Source: Eledone cirrhosa (lineage: Eukaryota). Taken from it: DNA of 64,000 nucleotides. This document shows positions 36,169 through 50,800 of this stretch, in pieces. Position 1 is the stretch's first letter; the number at the start of each line of letters is the position of its first letter. Below the pieces are notes generated by a model. The model searched no databases. It was not told the DNA's origin and saw only the letters and a list, made by a program, of their open reading frames with translations. The stretch is taken from positions 372,744,001 through 372,808,000 of the forward strand of contig OZ024743.1 in NCBI GenBank assembly GCA_964016885.1. Reading direction: 5' to 3'. Made by a program: the position numbers and the translations under genes.

Positions 36169-38884
36169 AATATATGAACAACCGTCCGGTTGTGGAACCA
36201 ACCAACCAACCGGAAATTTATAAATTTAACTTATAATAAATTGAAGTGAAAGCAACTGGTGCGTGTGTTTCTTATTGGCAACATGACCCTCCCAAAGCAT
36301 AACAATATCAGTTTCAACACACGTTTTCAGATAAAGAATCTTGCTAAACAAATTCAGAAACGAATTATTATATTATTATCGTTTTTACTTCCGCCTTCCA
36401 TGTTTGGCATTATTATAATTATAGTGGTAGTTGATTCACAGGGAGAGGTTGCTAGCCCCTTGCCCAACCCTCCTAAAGGAAAAGAAAAAAAAAAAGGGAA
36501 GGCCTAGACATACCTGGCACAAACAAACAGATTGGGACATTCCTGGGGACAGTTGCAGTGACTAACTCAGAACTGTGATGGTTGGAGGACTCTTCTCCAG
36601 AGGAGACCACAAGGCAAAACTTAACTAGCTGAACTTGTCCTGCTTGCATGGGTTGGATGAGTCTTCTCCAGTACAGCTTTGTTCCACTAGTCTCATTCCT
36701 TTGTCATCTCTCTGTAATGTTCAACAACTCTGAGATCAGCTCTCCCCCACTTCCATCTAGGTTTTCCCCAGTCTTCTTCTACAGGTTCCTTCCACCTGGA
36801 ACTCCTGTTACTTCTTCACCATATGCATCACATGTCCATACATATCTTATGACCTCACAGTGCAATTTTCTCTTTTACACACTACATCTGATTCTCCTTA
36901 TGCCTAGCTTTTCCTCCAACTCATCTATGCTTTGTTGTTCATTCATGCATAACATTACACATCCAGCACAGCATGCTAGCCTCATTTCTTTCTAACCTTC
37001 ACTTATCCTCCTCTTCTATATACAATGATTACTAAATACTTTAACATGCGACTAAAGTTCATTCTAATCTAAACAGACCAGCTTATCACAGCAGTCAGTC
37101 TTATTTAGAAATGAAGTTTGTATATATTAGAGTAAGTTTATATGTTGTCACGCGATGAGTAGCAAGAATCATGTCATTCTCAGCAAAGAGCAAAAGATGT
37201 TTTCTTTCTTTCTTTTATTCATTGACTTGTTTCAGTCATTGGACTGAGGCCATGCTGGAGCACCACCATGCTGGTTTTAGTTGATAATATCCACTCCATT
37301 ACTTCCTTTTTTTTTTTTTTTTTTTTTGTCTATTTTCAAAGCCTGGTACTTATTTTATAGATCTCTATTTGTCAATCTGCTAAGTTACAAGACATAATCA
37401 TCACCTGTTAAGTGGTTGTAACATAAATACAGACATTAAGCAAACACACACACATATATTTATGTGTACATAAGGATGTGATGATGATGTGGCAGAATGC
37501 CCCTCTTAATGCCAACCAATTTACTGCATGGACGGGGGAGCTTTTTTCATGACACTAGCACCTTACAGGGTGGCCTAGGTGTTTTTCACTGTGGCACAAG
37601 CACTACCAATTTACAGGGTAGATTGGGTGTCTTTTAATGTGGCACCAACGCTACCAACTTACAGGGTAGACTGGGTGTTTTTTACTGTGGTACCAGCACT
37701 TCCAACTTATGGGTAGGCTGGGTTCTTTTTTTCGTGACACTTATACGATATTCATCTATTTCCCAGATATATTATTGAGCTTATATGAAATGAATTAGTT
37801 GTTAACCTAGAGCCCAAACTGGTTTGATAAGTCAATTTGTGAAGAATTCTAAGTGACCTACATTTTGGTTCTGCCGACATAGTTAAGATATGTTAAACAG
37901 TCCATTATACTAAGCATATGTTCCAATAGTCATGAATGGAGTTTGTTATAACAAACACCACTAATCTGTTCATAATCTATTATTAGTATTAACGACCTTG
38001 AGGCTTTTGGTATTTTGTCTTTTATATAAGATATAGAGCATGAATCTATCATATCAGCCACTAACCAATACTGAGAAGTGGGAAAGATGGTTTATGTTGT
38101 CTCTCAAATGCTGAAAATAGCAGTTGAATAACTTTCAAATCACATTCTGCTGTCTTAACCTTTCGTTACCATATTTGAAAACAAAAATGAAAAGAAACAA
38201 CTGCCTATGATTTTTAATCATTTCGTAAATAATCAAGAATTCAAAGAGATTTAGTTATCTAACTAACTTTCTTATGAAGATGGTGTTTGGAATATAACAA
38301 AGGTTGTTACATAAAATTTTGATGCTAGGATTTAGATAGATCTAAACATTTTAACCCTTTTATTACCCTAATTCTAATAAGTCACTGCCTATGATTTTCA
38401 AATAATTTTGAAAATAATCCAGAATTTGGAGAAATTTAGCAATATAACTACCAACTTTCTCATTAAGCTGATGTTTGGAACATAAGAATGGTTCTTACAT
38501 AGAATTATGTTGGTTTCAGTTATTGGACTGTGACTTTCAAGGATTTAGTCAATCATATCAACCCAAGTACTTAATTCATCAATCTGTATTTGACAAGCTG
38601 CTAAGTTACATGACGTTAACACACAACATTGCCAGGCACATAAATATAAAATGTATAAACAAAGTAACTGACTTAGGAAGCCTTCGAAAAATTGGATTTG
38701 AAATGTGTGCATCCCCATTAATATACCCACTCTGCATCTCTCCATACATTGAGTACTACTCTGATTTGTGGTCTTCCCTGTCCTCATACCCCATAGACAT
38801 TTTATATATATAGTTTCAGGCAAGAGATCATGCAGCTGTCCAATGCAATGCTACAAAGAGCAATTAAAACAAATGATGGACCTC

Positions 38885-41800
38885 ACCAAATTCCATTCAT
38901 AAGGCATTGGTCAGCCCAAGGTTATAGTAGAAGGCATGAGCTCACAGCCCGAGGTTATAGTAGAAGACATGAGCTCACAGCCTGAGGTTATAGTAGAAGG
39001 CATGAACTCACAGCCCGAGGTTATAGTAGAAGACATGAACTCACAGCCTGAGGTTATAGTAGAAGACATGAGGTCACAGCCTGAGGTTATAGTAGAAGAC
39101 ATGAGCTCACAGCCTGAGGTTATAGTAGAAGGCATGAACTCACAGCCCGAGGTTATAGTAGAAGACATGAACTCACAGCCTGAGGTTATAGTAGAAGGCA
39201 TGAGCTCACAGCCCGAGGTTATAGTAGAAGACATGAGCTCACAGCCTGAGGTTATAGTAGAAGGCATGAACTCACAGCCCGAGGTTATAGTAGAAGACAT
39301 GAACTCACAGCCTGAGGTTATAGTAGAAGACATGAACTCACAGCCTGAGGTTATAGTAGAAGACATGAGCTCACAGCCTGAGGTTATAGTAGAAGGTATG
39401 AACTCACAGCCCGAGGTTATAGTAGAAGACATGAACTCACAGCCCGAGGTTATAGTAGAAGGCATGAGCTCACAGCCCGAGGTTATAGTAGAAGACATGA
39501 GCTCACAGCCTGAGGTTATAGTAGAAGGCATGAGCTCACAGCCCGAGGTTATAGTAGGAGGCATGAGCTCACAGCCTGAGGTTATGGTAGGAGGCATGAG
39601 CTCACAGCCTGAGGTTATGGTAGGAGGCATGAGCTCACAGCCTGAGGTTATAGTAGAAGACATGAACTCACAGCCCGAGGTTATAGTAGAAGACATGAAC
39701 TCACAGCCCGAGGTTATAGTAGAAGACATGAACTCACAGCCTGAGGTTATAGTAGAAGACATGAACTCACAGCCTGAGGTTATAGTAGAAGACATGAGCT
39801 CACAGCCTGAGGTTATAGTAGAAGACATGAGCTCACAGACTGAGGTTATAGTAGAAGACATGAGCTCACAGACTCAGGTTATAGTAGAAGACATGAGCTC
39901 ACAGCCTGAGGTTATAGTAGAAGGCATGAGCTCACAGCCTGAGGTTATAGTAGAAGGCATGAGCTCACAGCCCGAGGTTATAGTAGAAGACATGAGCTCA
40001 CAGCCTGAGGTTATAGTAGAAGACATGAGCTCATAGCCTGAGGTTATAGTAGAAGACATGAGCTCACAGCCTGAGGTTATAGTAGGAGGCATGAGCTCAC
40101 AGCCTGAGGTTATAGTAGAAGACATAAACTCACAGCCTGAGGTTATAGTAGAAGACATGAGCTCACAGCCTGAGGTTATAGTAGGAGGCATGAGGTCACA
40201 GCCTGAGGTTATAGTAGAAGGCATGAGCTCACAGCCTGAGGTTATAGTAGGAGGCATGAGGTCACAGCCTGAGGTTATAGTAGAAGACATGAGGTCACAG
40301 CCTGAGGTTATAGTAGGAGGCATGAGGTCACAGCCTGAGGTTATAGTAGAAGACATGAACTCACAGCCTGAGGTTATAGTAGAAGACATGAGCTCACAGC
40401 CTGAGGTTATAGTAGGAGGCATGAGCTCACAGCCTGAAGTAAGAGTAGAAGGCATGAGCTCACAGCCTGAGGTTATAGTAGGAGGCATGAGCTCACAGCC
40501 TGAGGTTATAGTAGGAGGCATGAGCTCACAGCCTGAGGTTATAGTAGGAGGCATGAGCTCACAGCCTGAGGTTATAGTAGGAGGCATGAGCTCACAGCCT
40601 GAGGTTATAGTAGGAGGCATGAGCTCACAGCCCGAGGTTATAGTAGGAGGCATGAGCTCACAGCCCGAGGTTATAGTAGAAGGCATGAGCTGACAGCCTG
40701 AGATTATAGTAGGAGGCATGAGCTCACAGCCTGAAGTAAGAGTAGAAGGCATGAGCTCACAGCCTGAGGTTATAGTAGAAGGCATGAACTCACAGCCTGA
40801 GGTTATAGTAGAAGACATGAGCTCACAGCCTGAGATTATAGTAGGAGGCATGAGCTCACAGCCTGAAGTAAGAGTAGAAGGCATGAGCTCACAGCCTGAG
40901 GTTATAGTAGAAGACATGAGCTCACAGCCTGAGATTATAGTAGGAGGCATGAGCTCACAGCCTGAAGTAAGAGTAGAAGGCATGAGCTCACAGCCTGAGG
41001 TTATAGTAGAAGACATGAACTCACAGCCTGAGGTTATAGTAGAAGACATGAACTCACAGTCCGAGGTTATAGTAGAAGGCATGAGCTCACAGTCTGAGGT
41101 TATAGTAGAAGACATGAGCTCACAGCCTGAAGTTATAGTAGAAGGCATGAGCTCACAGCCTGAGGTTATAGTAGAAGACATGAACTCACAGTCCGAGGTT
41201 ATAGTAGAAGGCATGAACTCACAGCCTGAAGTAAGAGTAGAAGGCATGAGCTCACAGCCTGAGGTTATAGTAGAAGACATGAACTCACAGCCTGAGGTTA
41301 TAGTAGAAGACATGAACTCACAGTCCGAGGTTATAGTAGAAGGCATGAGCTCACAGCCTGAAGTAAGAGTAGAAGGCATGAGCTCACAGCCTGAGATTAT
41401 AGTAGAAGACATGAGCTCACAGCCTGAGATTATAGTAGGAGGCATGAGCTCACAGCCTGAAGTAAGAGTAGAAGGCATGAGCTCACAGCCTGAGGTTATA
41501 GTAGAAGACATGAGCTCACAGCCTGAGATTATAGTAGGAGGCATGAGCTCACAGCCTGAAGTAAGAGTAGAAGGCATGAGCTCACAGCCTGAGGTTATAG
41601 TAGAAGACATGAGCTCACAGCCTGAAGTTATAGTAGAAGGCTTGAGCTCACAGCCTGAGGTTATAGTAGAAGACATGAACTCACAGTCCGAGGTTATAGT
41701 AGAAGGCATGAGCTCACAGCCTGAAGTAAGAGTAGAAGGCATGAGCTCACAGCCTGAGATTATAGTAGAAGACATGAGCTCACAGCCTGAGGTTATAGTA

Positions 41801-44800
41801 GAAGACATGAACTCACAGCCTGAGGTTATAGTAGAAGACATGAACTCACAGTCCGAGGTTATAGTAGAAGGCATGAGCTCACAGCCTGAAGTAAGAGTAG
41901 AAGGCATGAGCTCACAGCCTGAGATTATAGTAGAAGACATGAGCTCACAGCCTGAGATTATAGTAGAAGACATGAGCTCACAGCCTGAGGTTATAGTAGA
42001 AGACATGAACTCACAGCCTGAGGTTATAGTAGAAGACATGAACTCACAGTCCGAGGTTATAGTAGAAGGCATGAGCTCACAGCCTGAAGTAAGAGTAGAA
42101 GGCATGAGCTCACAGCCTGAGATTATAGTAGAAGACATGAGCTCACAGCCTGAGATTATAGTAGGAGGCATGAGCTCACAGCCTGAAGTAAGAGTAGAAG
42201 GCATGAACTCACAGCCTGAGGTTATAGTAGAAGACATGAGCTCACAGCCTGAGATTATAGTAGGAGGCATGAGCTCACAGCCTGAAGTAAGAGTAGAAGG
42301 CATGAGCTCACAGCCTGAGGTTATAGTAGAAGACATGAGCTCACAGCCTGAAGTTATAGTAGAAGGCATGAGCTCACAGCCTGAGGTTATAGTAGAAGAC
42401 ATGAACTCACAGCCTGAGGTTATAGTAGAAGACATGAGCTCACAGCCTGAGATTATAGTAGGAGGCATGAGCTCACAGCCTGAAGTAAGAGTAGAAGGCA
42501 TGAGCTCACAGCCTGAGGTTATAGTAGAAGACATGAACTCACAGTCCGAGGTTATAGTAGAAGGCATGAACTCACAGCCTGAAGTAAGAGTAGAAGGCAT
42601 GAGCTCACAGCCTGAGGTTATAGTAGAAGACATGAACTCACAGCCTGAGGTTATAGTAGAAGACATGAACTCACAGTCCGAGGTTATAGTAGAAGGCATG
42701 AACTCACAGTCCGAGGTTATAGTAGAAGGCATGAACTCACAGCCTGAAGTAAGAGTAGAAGACATGAACTCACAGCCTGAAGTAAGAGTAGAAGGCATGA
42801 GCTCACAGCCTGAGGTTATAGTAGAAGACATGAGCTCACAGCCTGAGATTATAGTAGAAGACATGAGCTCACAGCCTGAGGTTATAGTAGAAGGCATGAG
42901 CTCACAGCCTGAGGTTATAGTAGAAGGCATGAGCTCACAGCCTGAAGTAAGAGTAGAAGGCATGAGCTCACAGCCTGAGGTTATAGTAGAAGACATGAGC
43001 TCACAGCCTGAAGTAAGAGTAGAAGGCATGAGCTCACAGCCCGAGGTTATAGTAGAAGACATGAACTCACAGTCCGAGGTTATAGTAGAAGGCATGAACT
43101 CACAGCCCGAGGTTATAGTAGAAGACATGAGCTCACAGCCTGAGGTTATAGTAGAAGACATGAACTCACAGCCTGAGGTTATAGTAGAAGACATGAACTC
43201 ACAGCCTGAGGTTATAGTAGAAGACATGAGCTCACAGCCTGAGGTTATAGTAGAAGGCATGAGCTCACAGCCTGAAGTAAGAGTAGAAGACATGAGCTCA
43301 CAGCCTGAGGTTATAGTAGAAGACATGAGCTCACAGCCTGAGGTTATAGTAGGAGGCATGAGGTTATAGTAGAAGACATGAGCTCACAGCCTGAGGTTAT
43401 AGTAGAAGACATGAGCTCACAGCCTGAGGTTATAGTAGAAGACATGAGCTCACAGCCTGAGTTTATAGTAGAAGACATGAGCTCACAGACTCAGGTTATA
43501 GTAGGAGGCATGAGGTCACAGCCTGAGGTTATAGTAGAAGACATAAACTCACAGCCTGAGGTTATAGTAGAAGACATGAGCTCACAGCCTGAGGTTATAG
43601 TAGGAGGCATGAGCTCACAGCCTGAGGTTATAGTAGAAGACATGAGCTCACAGCCTGAGGTTATAGTAGAAGACATGAGCTCACAGCCTGAGTTTATAGT
43701 AGAAGACATGAGCTCACAGACTCAGGTTATAGTAGGAGGCATGAGGTCACAGCCTGAGGTTATAGTAGAAGACATAAACTCACAGCCTGAGGTTATAGTA
43801 GAAGACATGAGCTCACAGCCTGAGGTTATAGTAGGAGGCATGAGCTCACAGCCTGAGGTTATAGTAGAAGACATGAGCTCACAGCCCGAGGTTATAGTAG
43901 AAGGCATGAGCTCACAGCCTGAGGTTATAGTAGAAGACATGAGCTCACAGCCTGAGGTTATAGTAGAAGACATGAGCTCACAGCCTGAGGTTATAGTAGA
44001 AGACATGAGCTCACAGCCTGAGGTTATAGTAGAAGACATGAGCTCACAGCCTGAGGTTATAGTAGAAGACATGAGCTCACAGCCTGAGGTTATAGTAGAA
44101 GACATGAGCTCACAGCCTGAGTTTATAGTAGAAGACATGAGCTCACAGACTCAGGTTATAGTAGAAGGCATGAGCTCACAGCCTGAGGTTATAGTAGAAG
44201 ACATGAGCTCACAGCCTGAGGTTATAGTAGAAGACATGAACTCACAGCCTGAGGTTATAGTAGAAGACATGAACTCACAGCCTGAGGTTATAGTAGAAGA
44301 CATGAGCTCACAGCCTGAGGTTATAGTAGAAGGCATGAGCTCACAGCCTGAGGTTATAGTAGAAGGGATGAGCTCACAGCCTGAGGTTATCGTAGGAGAG
44401 ATGAGCTCACAGCCTGAGGTTATAGTAGAAGACATGAGGTCACAGCCCGAGTTTATAGTAGAAGACATGAGCTCACAGCCTGAGGTTATAGTAGAAGACA
44501 TGAGCTCACAGCCTGAGGTTATAGTAGAAGATATGAACTCACAGCCCGAGGTTATAGTAGAAGGCATGAGCTCACAGCCTGAGGTTATAGTAGAAGACAT
44601 GAGCTCACAGCCTGAGGTTATAGTAGAAGACATGAACTCACAGCCTGAGGTTATAGTAGAAGACATGAGCTCACAGCCTTAAGTAAGAGTAGAAGGCATG
44701 AACTCACAGCCCGAGGTTATAGTAGGAGGCATAAGCTCACAGCCCGAGGTTATAGTAGGAGGCATGAGCTCACAGCCTGAGGTTATAGTAGAAGGCATGA

Positions 44801-47800
44801 GCTCACAGCCTGAGGTTATAGTAGAAGGCATGAGCTCACAGCCTGAGGTTATAGTAGAAGGCATGAGCTCACAGCCTGAGGTTATAGTAGAAGGCATGAG
44901 CTCACAGCCTGAGGTTATAGTAGAAGACATGAGCTCACAGCCTGAGGTTATAGTAGGAGGCATGAGCTCACAGCCTGAGGTTATAGTAGGAGGCATGAGC
45001 TCACAGCCTGAGGTTAGAGTAGAAGACATGAGCTCACAGCCTGAGATTATAGTAGAAGGCATGAGCTCACAGCCTGAAGTAAGAGTAGAAGGCATGAGCT
45101 CACTGCCTGAGGTTATAGTAGAAGACATGAGCTCACAGCCCGAGGTTATAGTAGAAGACATGAACTCACAGCCTGAGGTTATAGTAGAAGACATGAACTC
45201 ACAGCCTGAGGTTATAGTAGAAGACATGAACTCACAGCCTGAGGTTATAGTAGAAGACATGAACTCACAGCCTGAGGTTATAGTAGAAGACATGAACTCA
45301 CAGCCTGAGGTTATAGTAGAAGACATGAGCTCACAGCCTGAGGTTATAGTAGAAGACATGAGCTCACAGCCTGAGGTTATAGTAGAAGACATGAACTCAC
45401 AGCCTGAGGTTATAGTAGAAGACATGAACTCACAGCCTGAGGTTATAGTAGAAGACATGAACTCACAGCCTGAGGTTATAGTAGAAGGCATGAGCTCACA
45501 GCCTGAGGTTAGAGTAGAAGACATGAGCTCACAGCCTGAGGTTATAGTAGAAGACATGAACTCACAGCCTGAGGTTATAGTAGAAGACATGAACTCACAG
45601 CCTGAGGTTATAGTAGAAGACATGAGCTCACAGACCGAGGTTATAGTAGAAGACATGAACTCACAGCCTGAGGTTATAGTAGAAGACATGAACTCACAGC
45701 CTGAGGTTATAGTAGAAGACATGTACTCACAGCCTGAGGTTATAGTAGAAGACATGAGCTCACAGCCTGAGGTTATAGTAGAAGACATGAACTCACAGCC
45801 TGAGGTTATAGTAGAAGGCATGAGCTCACTGCCTGAGGTTATAGTAGGAGGCATGAGGTCACAGCCTGAGGTTATAGTAGAAGACATGAACTCACAGCCT
45901 GAGGTTATAGTAGAAGGCATGAGCTCACTGCCTGAGGTTATAGTAGGAGGCATGAGGTCACAGCCTGAGGTTATAGTAGAAGACATGAGCTCACAGCCTG
46001 AGGTTATAGTAGAAGACATGAACTCACAGCCTGAGGTTATAGTAGAAGACATGAGGTCACAGCCTGAGGTTATAGTAGGAGGCATGAGCTCACAGCCTGA
46101 GGTTATAGTAGAAGACATGAACTCACAGCCTGAGGTTATAGTAGGAGGCATGAGGTCACAGCCTGAGGTTATAGTAGAAGACATGAACTCACAGCCTGAG
46201 GTTATAGTAGAAGGCATGAGCTCACTGCCTGAGGTTATAGTAGGAGGCATGAGGTCACAGCCTGAGGTTATAGTAGAAGACATGAGCTCACAGCCTGAGG
46301 TTATAGTAGGAGGCATGAGGTCACAGCCTGAGGTTATAGTAGAAGGCATGAGCTCACTGCCTGAGGTTATAGTAGGAGGCATGAGGTCACAGCCTGAGGT
46401 TATAGTAGAAGACATGAACTCACAGCCTGAGGTTATAGAAGGCATGAGCTCACTGCCTGAGGTTATAGTAGGAGGCATGAGGTCACAGCCTGAGGTTATA
46501 GTAGAAGACATGAGCTCACAGCCTGAGGTTATAGTAGGAGGCATGAGGTCACAGCCTGAGGTTATAGTAGAAGGCATGAGCTCACTGCCTGAGGTTATAG
46601 TAGGAGGCATGAGGTCACAGCCTGAGGTTATAGTAGAAGACATGAACTCACAGCCTGAGGTTATAGTAGAAGGCATGAGCTCACTGCCTGAGGTTATAGT
46701 AGGAGGCATGAGGTCACAGCCTGAGGTTATAGTAGAAGACATGAGCTCACAGCCTGAGGTTATAGTAGGAGGCATGAGGTCACAGCCTGAGGTTATAGTA
46801 GAAGACATGAACTCACAGCCTGAGGTTATAGTAGAAGGCATGAGCTCACTGCCTGAGGTTATAGTAGGAGGCATGAGCTCACAGCCTGAGGTTATAGTAG
46901 AAGACATGAACTCACAGCCTGAGGTTATAGTAGGAGGCATGAGGTCACAACCTGAGGTTATAGTAGAAGACATGAACTCACAGCCTGAGGTTATAGTAGA
47001 AGACATGAACTCACAGCCTGAGGTTATAGTAGGAGACATGAACTCACAGCCTGAGGTTATAGTAGAAGACATGAACTCACAGCCTGAGGTTATAGTAGAA
47101 GGCATGAGCTCACTGCCTGAGGTTATAGTAGAAGGCATGAGCTCACTGCCTGAGGTTATAGTAGGAGGCATGAGGTCACAGCCTGAGGTTATAGTAGAAG
47201 ACATGAACTCACAGCCTGAGGTTATAGTAGAAGACATGAACTCACAGCCTGAGGTTATAGTAGAAGACATGAACTCACAGCCTGAGGTTATAGTAGAAGG
47301 CATGAGCTCACTGCCTGAGGTTATAGTAGAAGACATGAACTCACAGCCTGAGGTTATAGTAGAAGGCATGAGCTCACTGCCTGAGGTTATAGTAGGAGGC
47401 ATGAGGTCACAGCCTGAGGTTATAGTAGAAGACATGAACTCACAACCTGAGGTTATAGTAGAAGACATGAGGTCACAGCCTGAGGTTATAGTAGAAGACA
47501 TGAACTCACAGCCTGAGGTTATAGTAGAAGGCATGAGCTCACTGCCTGAGGTTATAGTAGGAGGCATGAGGTCACAGCCTGAGGTTATAGTAGGAGGCAT
47601 GAGGTCACAGCCTGAGGTTATAGTAGAAGACATGAACTCACAGCCTGAGGTTATAGTAGAAGACATGAGGTCACAGCCTGAGGTTATAGTAGGAGGCATG
47701 AGGTCACAGCCTGAGGTTATAGTAGGAGGCATGAGGTCACATCCTGAGGTTATAGTAGAAGACATGAACTCACAGCCTGAGGTTATAGAAGGCATGAGCT

Positions 47801-50800
47801 CACTGCCTGAGGTTATAGTAGAAGACATGAGCTCACAGCCTGAGGTTATAGTAGGAGGCATGAGGTCACAGCCTGACGTTATAGTAGAAGGCATGAGCTC
47901 ACTGCCTGAGGTTATAGTAGAAGGCATGAGCTCACTGCCTGAGGTTATAGTAGAAGGCATGAGGTCACAGCCTGAGGTTATAGTAGGAGGCATGAGCTCA
48001 CAGCCTGAGGTTATAGTAGAAGACATGAACTCACAGCCTGAGGTTATAGTAGGAGGCATGAGGTCACAGCCTGAGGTTATAGTAGAAGGCATGAGCTCAC
48101 AGCCTGAGGTTATAGTAGAAGACATGAACTCACAGCCTGAGGTTATAGTGGAAGACATGAGGTCACAGCCTGAGGTTATAGTGGAAGACATGAGGTCACA
48201 GCCTGAGGTTATAGTAGAAGACATGAACTCACAGCCTGAGGTTATAGTAGAAGGCATGAGGTCACTGCCTGAGGTTATAGTAGGAGGCATGAGGTCACAG
48301 CCTGAGGTTATAGTAGGAGGCATGAGGTCACAGCCTGAGGTTATAGTAGGAGGCATGAGGTCACAGCCTGAGGTTATAGTAGAAGACATGAGGTCACAGC
48401 CTGAGGTTATAGTAGGAGGCATGAGGTCACAGCCTGAGGTTATAGTAGGAGGCATGAGGTCACAGCCTGAGGTTATAGTAGAAGACATGAACTCACAGCC
48501 TGAGGTTATAGTAGAAGGCATGAGCTCACTGCCTGAGGTTATAGTAGGAGGCATGAGGTCACAGCCTGAGGTTATAGTAGGAGGCATGAGGTCACAGCCT
48601 GAGGTTATAGTAGAAGACATGAACTCACAGCCTGAGGTTATAGTAGAAGACATGAGGTCACAGCCTGAGGTTATAGTAGGAGGCATGAGGTCACAGCCTG
48701 AGGTTATAGTAGGAGGCATGAGGTCACAGCCTGAGGTTATAGTAGAAGACATGAACTCACAGCCTGAGGTTATAGAAGGCATGAGCTCACTGCCTGAGGT
48801 TATAGTAGAAGACATGAGCTCACAGCCTGAGGTTATAGTAGGAGGCATGAGGTCACAGCCTGACGTTATAGTAGAAGACATGAACTCACAGCCTGAGGTT
48901 ATAGTAGAAGGCATGAGCTCACTGCCTGAGGTTATAGTAGAAGGCATGAGCTCACTGCCTGAGGTTATAGTAGAAGACATGAGGTCACAGCCTGAGGTTA
49001 TAGTAGAAGACATGAGGTCACAGCCTGAGGTTATAGTAGGAGGCATGAGGTCACAGCCTGAGGTTATAGTAGGAGGCATGAGGTCACAGCCTGAGGTTAT
49101 AGTAGAAGACATGAACTCACAGCCTGAGGTTATAGAAGGCATGAGCTCACTGCCTGAGGTTATAGTAGAAGACATGAGCTCACAGCCTGAGGTTATAGTA
49201 GAAGACATGAACTCACAGCCTGAGGTTATAGTAGAAGGCATGAGCTCACTGCCTGAGGTTATAGTAGAAGGCATGAGCTCACAGCCTGAGGTTATAGTAG
49301 AAGGCATGAGGTCACAGCCTGAGGTTATAGTAGGAGGCATGAGCTCACAGCCTGAGGTTATAGTAGAAGACATGAACTCACAGCCCGAGGTTATAGTAGA
49401 AGACATGAACTCACAGCCTGAGGTTATAGTGGAAGACATGAGGTCACAGCCTGAGGTTATAGTAGGAGGCATGAGCTCACAGCCTGAGGTTATAGTAGGA
49501 GGCATGAACTCACAGCCTGAGGTTATAGTAGGAGGCATGAACTCACAGCCTGAGGTTATAGTAGGAGGCATGAGCTCACAGCCTGAGGTTATAGTAGAAG
49601 GCATGAGCTCACAGCCTGAGGTTATAGTAGAAGACATGAACTCACAGCCCGAGGTTATAGTAGAAGACATGAACTCACAGCCTGAGGTTATAGTAGGAGG
49701 CATGAACTCACAGCCTGAGGTTATAGTAGAAGACATGAACTCACAGCCCGAGGTTATAGTAGAAGACATGAACTCACAGCCCGAGGTTATAGTAGAAGGC
49801 ATGAGCTCAGAGCCTGAGGTTATAGTAGAAGACATGAACTCACAGCCCGAGGTTATAGTAGAAGACATGAACTCACAGCCTGAGGTTATAGTGGAAGACA
49901 TGAGGTCACAGCCTGAGGTTATAGTAGAAGACATGAGCTCAGAGCCTGAGGTTATAGTAGAAGACATGAACTCACAGCCCGAGGTTATAGTAGAAGACAT
50001 GAACTCACAGCCCGAGGTTATAGTAGAAGACATGAACTCACAGCCCGAGGTTATAGTAGAAGACATGAACTCACAGCCCGAGGTTATAGTAGAAGGCATG
50101 AGCTCACTGCCTGAGGTTATAGTAGGAGGCATGAGGTCACAGCCTGAGGTTATAGTAGAAGACATGAGGTCACAGCCTGAGGTTATAGTAGGAGGCATGA
50201 GGTCACAGCCTGAGGTTATAGTAGAAGACATGAACTCACAGCCTGAGGTTATAGAAGGCATGAGCTCACTGCCTGAGGTTATAGTAGAAGGCATGAGCTC
50301 ACAGCCTGAGGTTATAGTAGAAGACATGAGCTCACAGCCTGAGGTTATAGTAGAAGACATGAGGTCACAGCCTGAGGTTATAGTAGGAGGCATGAGGTCA
50401 CAGCCTGAGGTTATAGTAGGAGGCATGAGGTCACAGCCTGAGGTTATAGTAGAAGACATGAACTCACAGCCCGAGGTTATAGTAGAAGGCATGAGCTCAC
50501 TGCCTGAGGTTATAGTAGGAGGCATGAGGTCACAGCCTGAGGTTATAGTAGAAGACATGAGGTCACAGCCTGAGGTTATAGTAGGAGGCATGAGGTCACA
50601 GCCTGAGGTTATAGTAGAAGACATGAACTCACAGCCTGAGGTTATAGAAGGCATGAGCTCACTGCCTGAGGTTATAGTAGAAGGCATGAGCTCACAGCCT
50701 GAGGTTATAGTAGAAGACATGAGCTCACAGCCTGAGGTTATAGTAGAAGACATGAGGTCACAGCCTGAGGTTATAGTAGGAGGCATGAGGTCACAGCCTG

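Larger units (their letters stand above)
35509..36308. mobile_element. Inverted pair of Penelope-like pseudo-LTR segments (~350-bp arms, ~85-bp spacer)
   Basis: Arms ~35509-35857 and ~35944-36308 are near-identical reverse complements, and each carries a hammerhead motif. Confidence 0.75.
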
